Shown: positions 63,801 to 64,000 of the stretch, one piece after another
Position numbering within the stretch: position 1 is the stretch's first letter
Layout: every line of letters starts with the position of its first letter
Source: Eukaryota sp. TZLM1-RC
Taxonomy: Eukaryota; Protista; Metamonada: BaSk clade
NCBI GenBank assembly: GCA_040285825.1
Contig: JAUPSS010000002.1
Span: forward strand, 3,472,001 to 3,536,000
Length of the DNA: 64,000 bases
Reading direction: 5' to 3'
The notes under the pieces: generated by a model
The model's input: only the letters and a program-made list of their open reading frames with translations
What the model was told of the DNA's origin: nothing
Database searches by the model: none
Program-made: the position numbers and the translations under genes

Positions 63801-64000
63801 AATGTTATTGAACCCACTGATACAAGCCTGAATGATGTTGGAAAGGGTTCTGAAGATGATGGTATACCAATGAGTCCGATTCAACAACCTGACCTCAATA
63901 CATTATCACGAGTAGCAAAGCGATGGTTGAGATTTTGGAGTATCTTATACTTTTCATATTTTCAATTCTTTACCCAAACACTGAGGACGATGAACACCCC

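Noticed and set aside
1-64000. Telomeric repeats, spliced-leader RNA or rDNA target sites
   Set aside because: None recognised; TSD sequences are unrelated and orientations are mixed.

Overview
AT-rich eukaryotic, protist-like DNA read with the standard genetic code; the taxon cannot be determined from the sequence. Positions 1 to ~40,845 contain no host genes. They form a nested array of five young, co-active families of compact (~3.4 kb) single-ORF non-LTR retrotransposons of the restriction-like endonuclease (RLE) type, CRE-like (RT QGDPLGP/YMDD, CxC..H...C knuckle, RGD/RAD...D...KxxKY nuclease). I label them by their C-termini: A ...DFLDVDL*, B ...GFEDVEF*, C ...CFDDIDF*, D ...CLEDIEF*, E ...DFVEEILV*. 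They insert into each other in both orientations, mostly with 10-13 bp target-site duplications (TSDs). The array includes a 4,140-bp tandem duplication and a circularly permuted junction. Right of ~41 kb the elements are mostly older and are mixed with host genes: an EF-hand-tailed hypothetical protein, LSm3 with a 31-nt intron (missed by the ORF track), an N-terminally short Rpn6, and a KDDL-type PDI. This part also holds a 1.1-kb gag-only LTR element, HERO-like retroelement relics, a very AT-rich foreign-looking gene block and a degenerate Fanzor/TnpB-like C-terminus. Many frameshifts fall in homopolymers and may be sequencing errors. Element boundaries were read by eye and are approximate.
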